Positions 48,196-58,000 of a stretch of DNA of 64,000 bases are shown here, one piece after another (position 1 is the stretch's first letter; each line of letters opens with the position of its first letter). This DNA comes from Polyangiales bacterium (GTDB lineage Bacteria > Myxococcota_A > Polyangia > Polyangiales > Houyiibacteriaceae), in the NCBI GenBank assembly GCA_045106895.1, contig JBGCFM010000092.1, forward strand, positions 1 through 64,000, written 5' to 3'. The notes under the pieces were generated by a model, which saw only the letters and a list, made by a program, of their open reading frames with translations, did not search any database and was not told the origin of the DNA. The position numbers were made by a program, and so were the translations under genes.

Positions 48196-48954
48196 ATGGC
48201 GACGCGCCCATGGAGAGACGTCCTCGGGACCTACCTCGTCGTGTCTCTACTCACGTTCGCGGTGACGCGACTTCGAGGCGTCCCTCAGCTTCACGACTAC
48301 ATAGGCTTGGTGGTCGCCGCCATCTTCTTGGGTGCTGCCCTTCATCGCGTGGGGCGCAGCCGCCACTCCCTCGACCGTCACGGCATGGCCCTCGGTGGCC
48401 TCCTAGCTCCCCCCGAAGAAAGTGAGCAGGACGCAGGTCCGCTCGGCCTCTACGACTTGGGTCGTCTGCTTCGCGACAATCGCCGAGATATCGGCGTAGA
48501 AATCGGCGTCGCTCTTGGGCTCTGCCTCGTCGTCTTTCCGCCCTACCTATTCGCCTTCGGATACTGGAATGGCCTTCATGGAGCGCCCTCCCTCGTTGTA
48601 AGCGGCGACTTTTTATCCTTCGCGTTGGCGCAGTTCATCGTCGTCGCCCTTCCCGAGGAAGCGTTCTTTCGCGGCTTCGTCCAGACACGCCTCGACGACC
48701 AGTTTCGCCCGAGGGAAAACGACGAGCCGCGGCGAGGTGTGCATTGGGGCGCGCTCCTCGTCCAAGCGTTCCTCTTCGCCCTCATCCACTTTCTCGTCGA
48801 CGGCTTCAACCCTGCGCGTCTCGCGGTCTTCTTCCCCGGGCTGCTCTTCGGACTGATCCGAGCGAGGCGAGGGGGCATCGGCGCAGCCATTGTTTTTCAC
48901 GCGATGTGCAACATCTACGGCGAGCTGCTCTATCGTGGCTGGGTGCTCACATGA
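48196..48954 (+). CDS. CPBP-family glutamic intramembrane protease (myxosortase-like)
   Basis: Multi-TM with PEEAFFRG, LFALIH and FFPGLLFG..HAMCN. Confidence 0.85.
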   Translation: MATRPWRDVLGTYLVVSLLTFAVTRLRGVPQLHDYIGLVVAAIFLGAALHRVGRSRHSLDRHGMALGGLLAPPEESEQDAGPLGLYDLGRLLRDNRRDIGVEIGVALGLCLVVFPPYLFAFGYWNGLHGAPSLVVSGDFLSFALAQFIVVALPEEAFFRGFVQTRLDDQFRPRENDEPRRGVHWGALLVQAFLFALIHFLVDGFNPARLAVFFPGLLFGLIRARRGGIGAAIVFHAMCNIYGELLYRGWVLT

Positions 48955-49601
48955 ATCGCGCAGCCTTCTTTGACATGGATCGCACCTTGGTCCGACGAAA
49001 CACCGGAACGCTGTACATGATGTGGCGTTACCAGCGCGGTGAGGTCGGCCTAAAAGACATGGCGCGTGTTGGCTCGTGGCTGCTTCGCTACACGTTCGGC
49101 GTCCTCGACGCGGAAGCCCTTGCCCGCAACGGTATCCAAGACGTCGCGGGCCTCGACGAGTCGCACTTCGAAAGCGAGCTTGCGCTCTGGTACGACGAGC
49201 GCGTCCGCCCTCACATCAGCGGCGCGGGTCGAAAAGAAGTCGCCGCCAAACGGGACGAGGGCTTTCTTCCCGTCGTGCTCAGCGCAGGTACTCGATACGC
49301 CGTGGAGCCCCTCGCCCGCGAGTTGGAGATCGAGCACGTGTTGTGCACGCAGCTTGGCGTCAGCGAAGGAAAGCTCACCGGTCACTGTGAAGAGCTTTGC
49401 TACGGCAAACACAAGGTGCGTATCGCGGAACGATTCGCCGCCGCCCATAACATCGACCTCGACCACAGCGTCTTCTACACCGACAGCATTTCAGACCTCC
49501 CCATGCTCCATCGCGTGGGCGAGGCGCGCGTAATAAACCCCGACCCGCGACTTCGCATCGTCGCACTACGGCAAGGATGGCCGATCGAACAATGGCGCTA
49601 A
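48951..49601 (+). CDS. HAD-IB family hydrolase
   Basis: AAFFDMDRTL, LSAG, K, YTDSISDLPML and NPD. Confidence 0.9.
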   Translation: MNRAAFFDMDRTLVRRNTGTLYMMWRYQRGEVGLKDMARVGSWLLRYTFGVLDAEALARNGIQDVAGLDESHFESELALWYDERVRPHISGAGRKEVAAKRDEGFLPVVLSAGTRYAVEPLARELEIEHVLCTQLGVSEGKLTGHCEELCYGKHKVRIAERFAAAHNIDLDHSVFYTDSISDLPMLHRVGEARVINPDPRLRIVALRQGWPIEQWR

Positions 49602-50458
49602 TCGCAAGTCCCCCTCAACGCATCGTTCTGGAACGCATCGTTCGCAACGCACTGGAAGAAGACATCGGACGCGGAGATCTCACCACCTCCTCCGTCGTCT
49701 CCGGCGACGCAAAAGGCGCCGCTAGTTTTTGCGCACGCGCTCCTTTGGTTTTCTGTGGTTTGCCCGTGATCCAAACCGTGTTTCGGCTCATCGACGAACG
49801 CGTCGAGGTCGCGGAGGTGCGAGCGGATGGGGACGCGCTCGTCCGAGGTGACGTCGCCGCGCGCGTTTCAGGGCCAGCCCGCTCGATTCTCCTAGGCGAA
49901 CGCGTCGCGCTCAACTTCGCCCAGCGAATGAGCGCTGTGGCCTCCATCGCACGCCGCTACGTCGAAGCACTGCCTCCCGAAAGTGGCTGCCGCATCGCGG
50001 ACACCCGCAAAACCACCCCCGGTCTTCGGGCCTTCGAACGCTACGCCGTCCGCTGCGGCGGCGCTCACAACCACCGCAACGACCTCAGCTCCGCGGTCAT
50101 GATCAAAGACAACCACATCGCTGCGTGCGGCGGCGTCGAGGAAGCGGTGCGCCGCGCTCACGCGAACGCGCCGCACACCACACGCATCGAATGCGAGGTT
50201 GACCGCATGGACCAACTCGCCGAAGCGATTCGCGCGGGAGCGGACATCATCATGCTCGACAACTTCGACAACGAAGCGCTCAAGGCTGCCGTGGCCTACG
50301 CTCGACAGAACGCAACGCGGCCGACGATTCTTGAGGCCAGCGGCGGGATTACCCTTGAGCGCATTCCAAGTCTCGCGACACTCGGCGTCGACGTGATCAG
50401 CGTTGGCGCGTTAACACACTCGGCGCCGTCCGTGGATATTGGGCTCGATTGGGCGTGA
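49592..50458 (+). CDS. nadC: Quinolinate phosphoribosyltransferase
   Basis: ALEED..GDLT, ERVALN, DTRKTTPG, IKDNH, IMLDN, EASGG and SVGALTHS. Start at 49577 or 49592. Confidence 0.95.
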   Translation: MALIASPPQRIVLERIVRNALEEDIGRGDLTTSSVVSGDAKGAASFCARAPLVFCGLPVIQTVFRLIDERVEVAEVRADGDALVRGDVAARVSGPARSILLGERVALNFAQRMSAVASIARRYVEALPPESGCRIADTRKTTPGLRAFERYAVRCGGAHNHRNDLSSAVMIKDNHIAACGGVEEAVRRAHANAPHTTRIECEVDRMDQLAEAIRAGADIIMLDNFDNEALKAAVAYARQNATRPTILEASGGITLERIPSLATLGVDVISVGALTHSAPSVDIGLDWA

Positions 50459-51204
50459 GCACCTTCGACACCGAGTGCTTTGAAGCCCTGCGCAACAGCC
50501 AATGGCTTGGCCGCTCCATACACGCGCGCGGCACCATCAGCTCGACGATGGACCTCGCCTTCGACGATGCGAAGGACGGAGCATCTCATGGGCACGTTGT
50601 CATCGCCGATGAGCAGTTGGCCGCTCGCGGCTCCCATGGACGTACTTGGGTAGGAACCGATCAGCTCACGTTCAGCCTTGTTCTACGTGTTGAACTACCT
50701 CCCGCCGCCTGCCCTCCCCTGACCCTCGCCGCGGGACTCGGAGTCGCCGACTGTGCTGGCGGTCTTCTCCCTCAAGATGTCCGCATCAAGTGGCCGAACG
50801 ATGTCCTGGTGGCGGACCAAAAAGTCGCCGGGATCCTGAGTGAAACCCGCGGCGAATGCATCGTCGTCGGCATCGGCCTCAACATCGCCGACGACCCATC
50901 CCTCTCGCAGTTCTCCGCGACGTCACTCGGTCGCTGCGGTGCGGCCGTCACCCGAGAGGAAGTGCTCGCCCGCCTTTGCTCCTCGCTTGAGCTGCGCTTC
51001 GACACGCATCTACGAAGCGGCGCATCGGCGACGGCAAGAGCCCTTGAAGAGCGGCTCGCCTGGCGAGGTGAAGAGGTCACCTGCGGCGAGCGCGTTGGGC
51101 GCTTGGTCGGGGTAGCGGACGACGGGCGTCTCATTCTGCGAAACGACGGGGTCGAGTTCAGAGTTTCGTCGGGAACGCTACGGCGAAGAGACTCAGACGC
51201 TTAG
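50455..51204 (+). CDS. birA: Biotin--protein ligase (no HTH)
   Basis: SSTMD, IADEQ..RG..GRTW, IKWPNDV, KVAGIL and GIGLN. Confidence 0.9.
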   Translation: MSTFDTECFEALRNSQWLGRSIHARGTISSTMDLAFDDAKDGASHGHVVIADEQLAARGSHGRTWVGTDQLTFSLVLRVELPPAACPPLTLAAGLGVADCAGGLLPQDVRIKWPNDVLVADQKVAGILSETRGECIVVGIGLNIADDPSLSQFSATSLGRCGAAVTREEVLARLCSSLELRFDTHLRSGASATARALEERLAWRGEEVTCGERVGRLVGVADDGRLILRNDGVEFRVSSGTLRRRDSDA

Positions 51205-51360
51205 AGCCCACCTCATAAGTGCGGCCACATTTTGGTCAGGGTGCTTCGATTTTGCCGCCCGCGAAGCGATGAACTGCGGTGCATTTTTGAGCTGAGGGGA
51301 TGAGCGAAGAGGCGGCGTGCTCCGGCCGCAATGTGGCCGTGCGTAGTTACGAGATTGGCT

Positions 51361-52365
51361 CTAGTACCAGTAGATCTGTCCCTGATTGTTCGGCGCCGGC
51401 TGACGCTGGTTCTGTGGGACTCGCCGTGGGCTGCGCCATGCGGGTCGGGAGGGTGCTGGGCGAGCAGGTCGGGCGCGACGAGTCCGACGAGCAGGAGCTG
51501 CCGGGGATGCGCTTGGCGGCGTTCCAGGAGGCGGTCCGCGAAAACGGAGGTCTGGCTCCACGACTGTTCCAGGAGGTGTGCCAGCCGGTACGGGGAAGTA
51601 CCACCAGCGTCCATGCTGCTGAAGCCAGTAGCCCGCAACGCCGCGGTGGCCTGCTGGAACACGAATCGAAGGAACAGGAACGGGGCGAGGCGCGGTCATT
51701 CCGGTTGCTGCCACGGCCGCTGGTGGAGCGGGTACACCCGGCCCCTCAAGTTCAGGTCGAGGAGTCTCGAGCTCGACGGCGGGCGCGGAAGGCTGAAGTT
51801 CTGCGACGGAAGGTGGAGGAAGTTGTTCCGCCGGTGGTGGGGGAATGTGCGCGACGACCTGAGTCAGGTAGACCCCGTTTTCACCACGCACGGCGGCGAG
51901 ACCAATGTGCGTAAACTGCTCATCGAGGAGCTGTGCGCGGTGGGACTCACTGTCGAGGATCGCCGCGAGGGCAGCATTGGAGCTCGGTTGGCGCGCCACG
52001 TTTTGAGCGATTCGAGCCGCCTGGACATTGGCTGCCCGAACGCGGTCCGCTGGCGTCCCTGTCCGGTCACTCACGTGGCCGAGCTCTCCGTGCTGCGCCA
52101 TGTCCTGTGAATGCGCAGCCGCCGCTGCATCGAGGCCAGCGTCGCGTTGGAGAGGCGCGTGTCTTCCTTGACGACGAAGGGCGTTGATTCGCCTCAACAT
52201 CCGAGCCTCCCCGGAAGAATCGCGGGGTAGCTCGGTCGCCGCAACCTCCGCTTCCGCCGTGGGGCCCACCTCAATGGTGATCGGGGCCACAGGACGCTGC
52301 GCGAACGAAGTCGAGCCTACGAATAGCGAGAGGGCGATGGACGCGAGTACGACGGAACGGGACAT
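51361..52365 (-). CDS. Secreted CAP/SCP-domain protein with Pro-rich tail
   Basis: Signal peptide, INALRR..AAAHSQDM..H..R..QNVA..SESHRAQLL..FTHIGL. Confidence 0.82.
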   Translation of the reverse strand: MSRSVVLASIALSLFVGSTSFAQRPVAPITIEVGPTAEAEVAATELPRDSSGEARMLRRINALRRQGRHAPLQRDAGLDAAAAAHSQDMAQHGELGHVSDRTGTPADRVRAANVQAARIAQNVARQPSSNAALAAILDSESHRAQLLDEQFTHIGLAAVRGENGVYLTQVVAHIPPPPAEQLPPPSVAELQPSAPAVELETPRPELEGPGVPAPPAAVAATGMTAPRPVPVPSIRVPAGHRGVAGYWLQQHGRWWYFPVPAGTPPGTVVEPDLRFRGPPPGTPPSASPAAPARRTRRARPARPAPSRPAWRSPRRVPQNQRQPAPNNQGQIYWY

Positions 52366-52518
52366 TGGCCTCTTACTTAGCAAGCTTCGATCCAGAATTA
52401 TCGGCAAAAACAGCTATGTTTTTACCGCGAGCCCAGCGACACGACGCAGATCAGCGACGTTTTGGCACGCCCCTGCGAACAATCGTTCATGCTTGCGCCG
52501 CGCCGGGGATGAGACCAG

Positions 52519-53394
52519 GTGCTCAGTGTGCATATTCAACGACTGGAAGAACGACGCCTCAAGGTACATGGAGAAGACGCCCGCGAGTGGCTGAACGGCC
52601 AGCTCACCTGCGACCTGCGAGAGCCTGCACCCGGCTCCGCCACCTACGGCCTCATTCTCAGCTCGAAGGGCAAGCTCATCTCGGACGTTTGGGTCCTTGA
52701 GCACCCGGAGGTGGGGGACGAGCAACACTTCTCGCTCAGTCTCCCCTCGCTCCGCGCGGACGCCGCTTTCGAGCGACTCGACCGTTTCCTTGTGATGGAG
52801 GACGTCGACGTCAGCTTTGGCGACGAAGCCCTCGTTTCCGCTCAAGGCAGAGGCGCGCGCGCGCTGCTCAACGACCAGCTGGGAAGTGCCGAGACGATCT
52901 GGCCGACGACCCGCTTGGATACCGAAGGCGCGGAAGTCTGGCTTCCTGCAAACGAAGCCACGGCGCTCGTCGCGGATCTCGGAGGGGCGACAAACAAGAC
53001 CGCGTTTCACGACGCGCGCGTTGAGGCGGGCATCCCAGCTCTCAGCCAAGACATGGGCGACAGTACGCTCCCGCAGGAGGTCGGCCTTCACGGCGCCGTG
53101 TCGTTCAACAAGGGCTGCTACGTGGGCCAGGAACCCGTCATCATGCTGGAGCACCGCGGCAAACCACCGAAGCGTTTGGTGCGTTTACGCGTCGCAAATG
53201 CGTCTGTCGGGGATCCGATTCTCTCCGGCGAGAAGAACGTTGGCCGGGTAACAAGCGTTCATTCCTCCAAGCCTTTGGCGCTCGCCCTCGTCAAGCGCAA
53301 GCACCTGGAGGACTCGCTGAGCATCGAGGGGATCGCAGTGAGCGAACTGACCATCATCGATGATGGAAAACCCCGCGACCGCACCCCAGGGTAA
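52519..53394 (+). CDS. ygfZ: Folate-binding YgfZ/GcvT-family protein
   Basis: GEDA..WLNGQLT and the signature KGCYVGQE. Confidence 0.9.
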   Translation: MLSVHIQRLEERRLKVHGEDAREWLNGQLTCDLREPAPGSATYGLILSSKGKLISDVWVLEHPEVGDEQHFSLSLPSLRADAAFERLDRFLVMEDVDVSFGDEALVSAQGRGARALLNDQLGSAETIWPTTRLDTEGAEVWLPANEATALVADLGGATNKTAFHDARVEAGIPALSQDMGDSTLPQEVGLHGAVSFNKGCYVGQEPVIMLEHRGKPPKRLVRLRVANASVGDPILSGEKNVGRVTSVHSSKPLALALVKRKHLEDSLSIEGIAVSELTIIDDGKPRDRTPG

Positions 53395-53438
53395 GGGCAC
53401 GGTTCGACGGGAGAGCAGCGACAGCGAAAAGCGACGCG

Positions 53439-53762
53439 CTATGCGCTGAAGCTAGAGCCGCAACCGCAGGTCGCTTTGGCCTGTGGGTTGACGAACTTGA
53501 AGCCCGCCCCGTGTAGGCCCTCGACGTAATCGATCTCCGTACCTTCCAGGTACTGGAAGCTCATCATGTCGACGAAGAGCGGCACGCCGTGGGACTCGAA
53601 CTGCTGGTCGAGGTCGGTCGTCTCGTCTTCGAAGAAGAGGTCGTAGGAGAAACCTGAGCACCCTCCGCCCACGACTTTGACGCGAAGTCCCTGGTCGTGG
53701 AGCCCTTCGGCGTCCTGGATCTCGCGAACTTTCTCAGCGGCTTTGGTGGTGAGCGTCAACAT
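53439..53762 (-). CDS. erpA: A-type Fe-S carrier (ErpA/IscA family)
   Basis: GGGCSGFSY and NPQA..CGCGSSF. Confidence 0.9.
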   Translation of the reverse strand: MLTLTTKAAEKVREIQDAEGLHDQGLRVKVVGGGCSGFSYDLFFEDETTDLDQQFESHGVPLFVDMMSFQYLEGTEIDYVEGLHGAGFKFVNPQAKATCGCGSSFSA

Positions 53763-54041
53763 CTAAACTTCGTTCTCCTATGAAATGAAACATGGGGCCT
53801 CGGCGTTGGCCTTCCGTGAACAGAGCCTAGGGAGCCTTGGCCCGCCAGGCAAGGCGGTCACCCCTCTAGCACCGTAGAAACTTGCAGAATTCAACATCTA
53901 TAAAGCACTGTTTTTACTACATTTTCTCCGACGGCCCTTAACTAATACTAAAACGGTCCTATTTTGACGTAACGCTCAGCTTCCTGAGACGTCTTACTTG
54001 TCAGAGAGAGCACTTCGCTCTCTCGCTCCTGAGGAAAAAAC

Positions 54042-54887
54042 GTGTCCTACCAACGAAACGCAGAACTGGACCGCTACATCAAGAAGGTCCGAAAGATCCC
54101 CCTCCTCTCCCGAGAAGATGAGCATGAGCTCGCGAAACTCGTTCAGGCAGGTGACCAGGATGCGACCGACCGCCTCGTCGAAGCCAACCTTCGATACGTC
54201 GTTTCTGTCGCGCTCCAATACCGACGCTACGCCATCCCCCTCGGCGATCTTCTCGCCGAAGGCAACGTCGGTCTCGTGACCGCAGCAAAGAAGTTCGACC
54301 CATCACGCGGCACGCGCTTTGTCACCTACGCCGGGTATTGGATTCGTGCCTTCGTGCTGGAAGCCGTCGTTCGCTCCACGAGCCTTGTGGGTGCGGGTAG
54401 CGGGCCTCTTCGTTCGAAGCTCTTCTTCCGCCTTCGTCGAGAACGCGCGCGCATTCACAGCATCGAGCAGGATCCCACCAAACGCCTTCAGATGATGGCG
54501 GACCTCTTCGAGACCACGCCGGACAAGATGGAGAAAATGCTTCGCCGTTTGGACGCGAAGGACGTCAGCCTCGACGCGACGGTTTTCGACGACGCCGGTA
54601 TGACCATGGTCGACACCTTGGTGTCCGAAGGCGCGGCGGTGGACTCGACGGTGGCGCGGCTTGAGCGGCAGTCGCAGATCGAAGGTCGGCTTGGAGATGC
54701 ACTCAACACGCTGGATCAGCGAGAGCGCTACATCGTCGAGAACCGGATTCTCAGCGATGATGAGATGACCTTGGCCGCCCTCGGAAGGGAGCTCGGCGTG
54801 AGCCGGGAGCGTGCCCGGCAGCTTGAGGCCCGCGCGAAAAACAAGCTGCGCGGACAGCTTCGGGAGTTTGCGCCAGCCGCGGCGTGA
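54042..54887 (+). CDS. rpoH: RpoH/sigma-32-family alternative sigma factor
   Basis: ANLRYVV, EGNVGL..KFDP.RG.RFVTYA.YWIRA, RpoH-box-like KLFFRLR and SRERARQLE. Confidence 0.8.
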   Translation: MSYQRNAELDRYIKKVRKIPLLSREDEHELAKLVQAGDQDATDRLVEANLRYVVSVALQYRRYAIPLGDLLAEGNVGLVTAAKKFDPSRGTRFVTYAGYWIRAFVLEAVVRSTSLVGAGSGPLRSKLFFRLRRERARIHSIEQDPTKRLQMMADLFETTPDKMEKMLRRLDAKDVSLDATVFDDAGMTMVDTLVSEGAAVDSTVARLERQSQIEGRLGDALNTLDQRERYIVENRILSDDEMTLAALGRELGVSRERARQLEARAKNKLRGQLREFAPAAA

Positions 54888-54895
54888 TTCCCCCC

Positions 54896-54937
54896 GGCCA
54901 AACGGGTGAGAAATCGACGATTCTCACCCGCTTGGCC
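54896..54937. other. Long inverted repeat (hairpin) after the sigma gene
   Basis: GGCCAAACGGGTGAGAA..TTCTCACCCGCTTGGCC, with no U tract. Confidence 0.75.
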
Positions 54938-55003
54938 ACCGATTCGGCCCCCGGTTAAGAAGAGCTAGGGAATAGGCGGCCAAGCGGGCATGATAGCCCG
55001 GCG

Positions 55004-58000
55004 ATGGTCGACGATTCTAAGCCCGAATCCACCGTAGATATTCTTCTAGGAGAGTTGGAGGTGGAGGTTGACGTGGGAACGGCAAGCTCGCCGCCGCCCC
55101 CTCCTCCGTCCATACGGCCGAAGAACTCTTCCGTGCCCCCGCCTCCCGGCCGTGCGCAGCGTTCTGTGCCGCCGCCCCCGCCCAAACGAAGTGGCGGAAC
55201 GGACGTCATCGACGTCACGGAACTCGAAGAGCTAAGCGAGCACGAGGTCGAAGAGTTCGAGGTCGTCGAACCGATGGAGATCGCTGCGGAGCCGCGGCCA
55301 CGCATCGACGACACTGGGCTTGCGGCGACGCCGTCGGCGCGTGACGAGCTACCTGCGCCTCACGCCCCCGTTTATCAAGCATCCCAATCGGACCTCATCG
55401 CCGATGTCTCCTCCGGGGAGTTTGTCGAGATCGGGCCGGACGAGCTCGTCGAACACGTCGACTTCTCCGAAGAGATGATCGATGCCGCCCACGACCTCAT
55501 CGCAGAGTGCGAGTCCAAGATCTCCAGCGAGACGGACAATCGCCAGGCAGCCCTTCTCCATCAGCAGATCGGGCGCCTATACGAGATGCCGCTCGCGGAC
55601 CTGCCGAACGCGATCCGGCACTTCCAGGTGGCCCTGGACAAAGACCCCAGCAACATCGCTGTGATTCAAGATGCGCGACGAGCTCTGCTCAACAAGAAGA
55701 GATACCCCGCGGCGCTTGAACTCTACGACCCGGAAATCCGCCTCAGCGCCGACCCGCGGGAGAAAGCCACGCTCCTTCTTGAAAAGGGACTCCTCATGCA
55801 GGACGTCCTCGGGAAGGCGAATGAAGCGCGCGCAGTACTTCGAAACGCACAGGACCTGGACCGCGCGAACCCGACGATCCTTCAGGTGCTGTCTGCGCAT
55901 TTCAGCAGCGCAAGCGCGGCCCGCGAGTTGGACCTTTGCCTCGAACACTCCGCGAATGGCGTCGCCGCCGATGCCGCCCATCGGGCCGCCATCGTGGCCA
56001 AACGCGCCGCGATCGTGGAGCGCGACTTAGGCCAGCGTGAACGTGCCATCGAGCTTTACGAGACCGCGATTCGTCTCACGGTGCGGGCCCCCGGCGCGCT
56101 CAGCGCTCTTAAGCGGCTTCACCATCAATCCGGACGCTGGCGTGACCTCAGTCGCGTCCTGACCTTGGAGGCTGACGAGAGCACGGACGCACAACACGAA
56201 TCTCAGCTCCGCTACCGGATCGCGCGCATTCATCGTCAGCGTCTTGGGAACGACGCCGAAGCGCTCGCCGCACTGGAGCGAGCCGCGGAGCTTGCGCCCG
56301 CCGACATCGGTGTGCTGACCGAACTGGGTGCGATTCACGAACGCTCCGGGCGCTGGGAGGCGCTCAGCGATGTGCTTCAACGACTGACGCAAGTGGAGAA
56401 AAGCCCACGCGCGCTTATCTCTCTTCTCAACCGACTTGGCACTCTTCATCAAGGTCGCCTCGATGACAGCGCCGGCGCCGTACATTGGTTCAACGCAGCC
56501 CTCGCCATCGACCCTCTGCACCCGCCCACGATTCGTTCACTCGAAGCGCTCTACGAGAAAGAGGGACTGGGTGATGAGATCATCCGCATCCGCCTCGCCG
56601 AAGCCCTGCACTCCCCGGTCGCGTCCACTCGTGCGGCGGCCTACTCCCGCGTCGGTGAACTTCACGCGACGGCCAATCGAATTGACGACGCGATTACGGC
56701 GCACGGCCGGGCCCTCGCGGCAGACCCATCCGACGCGACGCCCTTCAAGAGCTTGGTTCGTCTGCTCACCAAGAGTGGGCGTCACCGTGACCTCGTGGAC
56801 TTGCGGGAACGGGCCATCGCCGACTCCCACGACGGCGTGGAGAAGACCGCGCATCTGTTCGAGATCGGCGCGCTCTTTGAGGGACCGCTGGGTGAACCTT
56901 CACGCGCAGCGGACACCTACGGTCGCATCCTTAAATACGCGGCAACGGATCTCCGCGCCCTTGGGGCCATGCAGCGCGCTTGTGAAAACGCAGAGCGTTA
57001 CGGCGAACTCCTCGAGGCCATCGATCTGGAAATCAGCGCGACGAACGCGGCGGCGCGGAAACGAAGTCTTCAGCAACGAGCCGGCGAAATTCTTGAACAC
57101 CACTTGGGCGACACCACCGGAGCCATCGCCCGCTATCGAAAAGTCCTTGAGGGTGACCCAAAGCACCTGCCCGCGCTGGCGAGCCTCGCGCGCCTCTATG
57201 ATGCGGCGGGGCGTTGGGAAGACCTAGTCGAGACTCTCGCCAAGGAGCTTGTGCTCAAACCTGACGTGGCGGCGCAGATTTCCCTCCACCAAAAGCTCGG
57301 CGACCTCTCCCGCCATCAGCTGGGTCGCGAGAGCGACGCCCTCAGCCACTACCGGTCTGCCTTCGAGCTCGACCGAACGAACCGGCCCGCTGCAAGCGCG
57401 CTTTTGGCCGGACTCGAGCAGCGCCGAGACTATGCGGCGATGGCCAAAGTGCTCGGCGAGCAAGCATCAGCCACCGAGGCGCGTGAGGAACGAGCTCGCC
57501 TCCACTACCAAGTGGGTGCGCTCTTCGAAGAGCATCTGAACGACAACTCAAAAGCTCTCTCGGCCTATGAAAAGGCACTTGAGAGCCAACCTGCGCACCG
57601 CCCATCTTTCGACGCGCTCATTCGACTTCGTCACTCCGCCCAGAACTACAACGCCCTCGCGAAGGGTCTCGCAGCGGAAGCCGCGCTTAGCAATGACTCG
57701 TCCGGCGCCGTTGAAGCCCTCCTTCAAGAGGGAGCCGTGTGGGCCCACAGGCTCAACGATCCACGAAAGGCGACGGCGGCCTACGAGCGTGTGCTCGAGA
57801 TTCAAGCAACTCATCTCGGCGCGCTCCTCGCGCTCGAGAGTCTTCACCGTATCACCTCGCGCTGGAGCGCATTGGCGGCGGTTCACGCCATGCAGGCGCG
57901 GGTGTTTGTGGACGGCGGCGCGCGCATCGCCGCGCTTCACGCCGAAGCCCGAGTACGCGACGCGCACTCCGTCGGCACGCCGGACGACCTTCGGAACGTC

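Noticed and set aside
52463..52477. TGGCACGCCCCTGC as a sigma-54 promoter upstream of ygfZ
   Set aside because: The GG-to-GC spacing is 9 nt, not the strictly required 10.
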